A stretch of DNA of 64,000 nucleotides from the NCBI RefSeq assembly GCF_036321535.1, contig NC_087447.1, forward strand, positions 23,250,001 to 23,314,000. The letters run 5' to 3'. Both the position numbers and the translations under genes were made by a program. Shown one piece after another: positions 62,571 through 64,000 of the stretch. Each line of letters starts with the position of its first letter. Position 1 is the stretch's first letter. The DNA comes from Camelus dromedarius. Taxonomy: Eukaryota. The notes under the pieces are model-generated. The model was not told where the DNA came from. It made no database searches and saw only the letters and a list, made by a program, of their open reading frames with translations.

Positions 62571-64000
62571 AATTGGTGAGTCTATCCCCATTTTACAACT
62601 GGGGAAACAGAAGCAAACAAAAAAGGCAGAATCTTGCCCACAGTCATCCTGTGACTAAGAGGGAGAAATGTGGTCCCTGCTGGCCACACGTGGTTCTCAC
62701 TTCTCCTAGAACTCTGTGTCTGGGGGACTGGCTGGAGATACAGATGACTGAAGCTTACCCAGTGATCACTAAGGCCACTGACTATGGTGTCATCTTTCAA
62801 CTTCTGGTCGGCCGCTTCTAAGACTGATATGAAACGAGTCCACCCAGGGTGGACTGTGATCTGATGAGGATTTTCAGGGACTGACAGAAGGTCAGAACCC
62901 CAGCAGGGCATACGGTCTCTGACTCTCCGCTTTGGCAAACACCTAAGTAACGTAGTCTTCATAACCTCCTTTTTCTTTCTTTCTTCCCTCCCTCCCTGCT
63001 CCCCACCAACCCGCAGTGAGCAAGAAGAGCTTCTCTAGTTTCATGAAAAAGAAATAAGTATCTTAGTAGGAATCTGGAAGGTTCTCCATAGAAGTAGCAA
63101 CTCACCATCCCAAAGGCCTGCCTTGCCCAGTGCTTTGGCGTGTGTGTGTGTGTATATACACACACACCAATATATACATTTGTTTTTTGCTTGTGTTGGT
63201 TGACTATTTTTTTTTTTCTCTTCAGATTCCCACGGCCACCCTAGTTATCTCGCCCTCTAAGCACTGCTTTGTCTGAACATTGTGGCCCATTTTGCACCAA
63301 CGCATCCCAGGGTCCCCTTGAGGGAAGCCAAGAAATCCAAGGTGTTCATGGAGCTTTCAGAGTGAAGGATATAATCTTTTCTCTTCTTCAGGAGTTGGCA
63401 TTTCTGGCCTCTTGAAGTAATGTTGGTTCAGAGTAAAGCATCTTGCGTTCAGATCCTGTAGCTAATCCCAGGACTGGCTTCTTGTGGTTGTCGCTGTGTG
63501 ACTGAGACCTGGTGCTAACCTCTCTGCTGCAAGCTTCTCCATCTGCTCTCCTGTCAGTGGTCAGGAGGATTCGGTGGAGTCCTCTGAGCAAAGCACCTTG
63601 GCCCAAGAGTCATTCTTGCCCATTGGAGTTTAGAGTGTATCTGGGTCCATTCGCTTGTTGCTTCTGGTGTGGATTAATAATTCACTTGTGATATTTGATA
63701 CAAACCAGGCATCACTTTTGTGTGTTGTGGTGGGGGGAGGGCGGCACTGCCTTATAGTCATGTTACTCTTTCCATTCAGTTTTATGAGGCTTAGGCGTTC
63801 ACAGGCCCACAGAATGATGGATTTATAGAACAGGAGGTCTGAAAAGGAGCTTACAAGAATCCTGTTGTCTCATTTTACATGTGGGAAACTGGAGGCAAAT
63901 CGGGGTGAAATGATTGGTTCGGCATCACATAGTCAAATCAGAAACAGAGAGGAACTAAAATGTCATAGTCATTTTTGCTCTTGAGGCACCTTCTATGTAC

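Larger units (their letters stand above)
1..64000 (-). other. CD44: CD44 gene body, partial (exon 1 and the TM/cytoplasmic exons are outside the window)
   Basis: 16 exons in the expected order with GT-AG boundaries and consistent phases. Most lengths equal the human exon lengths as recalled (166, 134, 69, 231, 129, 126, 114, 129, 102, 90, 72). Confidence 0.99.
40192..64000 (-). other. CD44: 3' part of CD44 intron 1
   Basis: No signal-peptide exon (MDKFWW-like) found between exon 2 and the window end; repeat-rich non-coding sequence; mammalian CD44 intron 1 is tens of kb long. Confidence 0.85.

Noticed and set aside
40192-64000. Many 60-130 aa ORFs and a search for CD44 exon 1
   Set aside because: ORFs overlap MIR/L2/LTR remnants and lack coding features; no MDKFWW-like exon found.
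1-64000. Prokaryote-type systems (CRISPR, operons, defence islands), NUMTs, genuine tRNA/rRNA genes
   Set aside because: None seen; the tRNA-like boxes belong to SINEs with A tails and TSDs.

Overview
Mammalian genomic DNA, about 64 kb, with one N-gap at 61865-62087. The whole window lies inside the CD44 gene on the minus strand. I could place 16 coding exons with canonical AG/GT boundaries: constant exons 2-5 (Link/hyaluronan-binding module and stem), all ten variant exons v1-v10, and the two constant stem exons after v10. Exon 1 was not found and should lie beyond 64000 (40192-64000 is intron 1); the transmembrane and cytoplasmic exons should lie below position 1. A tRNA-derived SINE (GGAGGGTATAGCTCAGTGGTAGAG...) and young L1 3' ends look camelid (camel/alpaca), and the Link domain looks artiodactyl; the species call is inference. 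The rest is intron with MIR, L2, MER5A, MER3, Tigger, MADE2, MLT1 and microsatellites. I found no second protein-coding gene and no new gene system; ORF-track entries outside the CD44 exons look spurious. The best leads concern splicing of the variant cassette: (1) a candidate stop-introducing exon between v9 and v10 that would give transmembrane-less CD44; (2) a SINE inserted 18-30 nt behind the v8 donor, displacing a diverged ESRP1/hnRNP M/F element; (3) an inverted SINE pair bracketing v2-v8; (4) an in-frame 30-nt microexon or dual-use site at v3; (5) a (GGU)n array after v10; (6) shared splice-site signatures suggesting the cassette arose by duplication. Comparisons to human/mouse sequences and papers are from memory and need checking by alignment.
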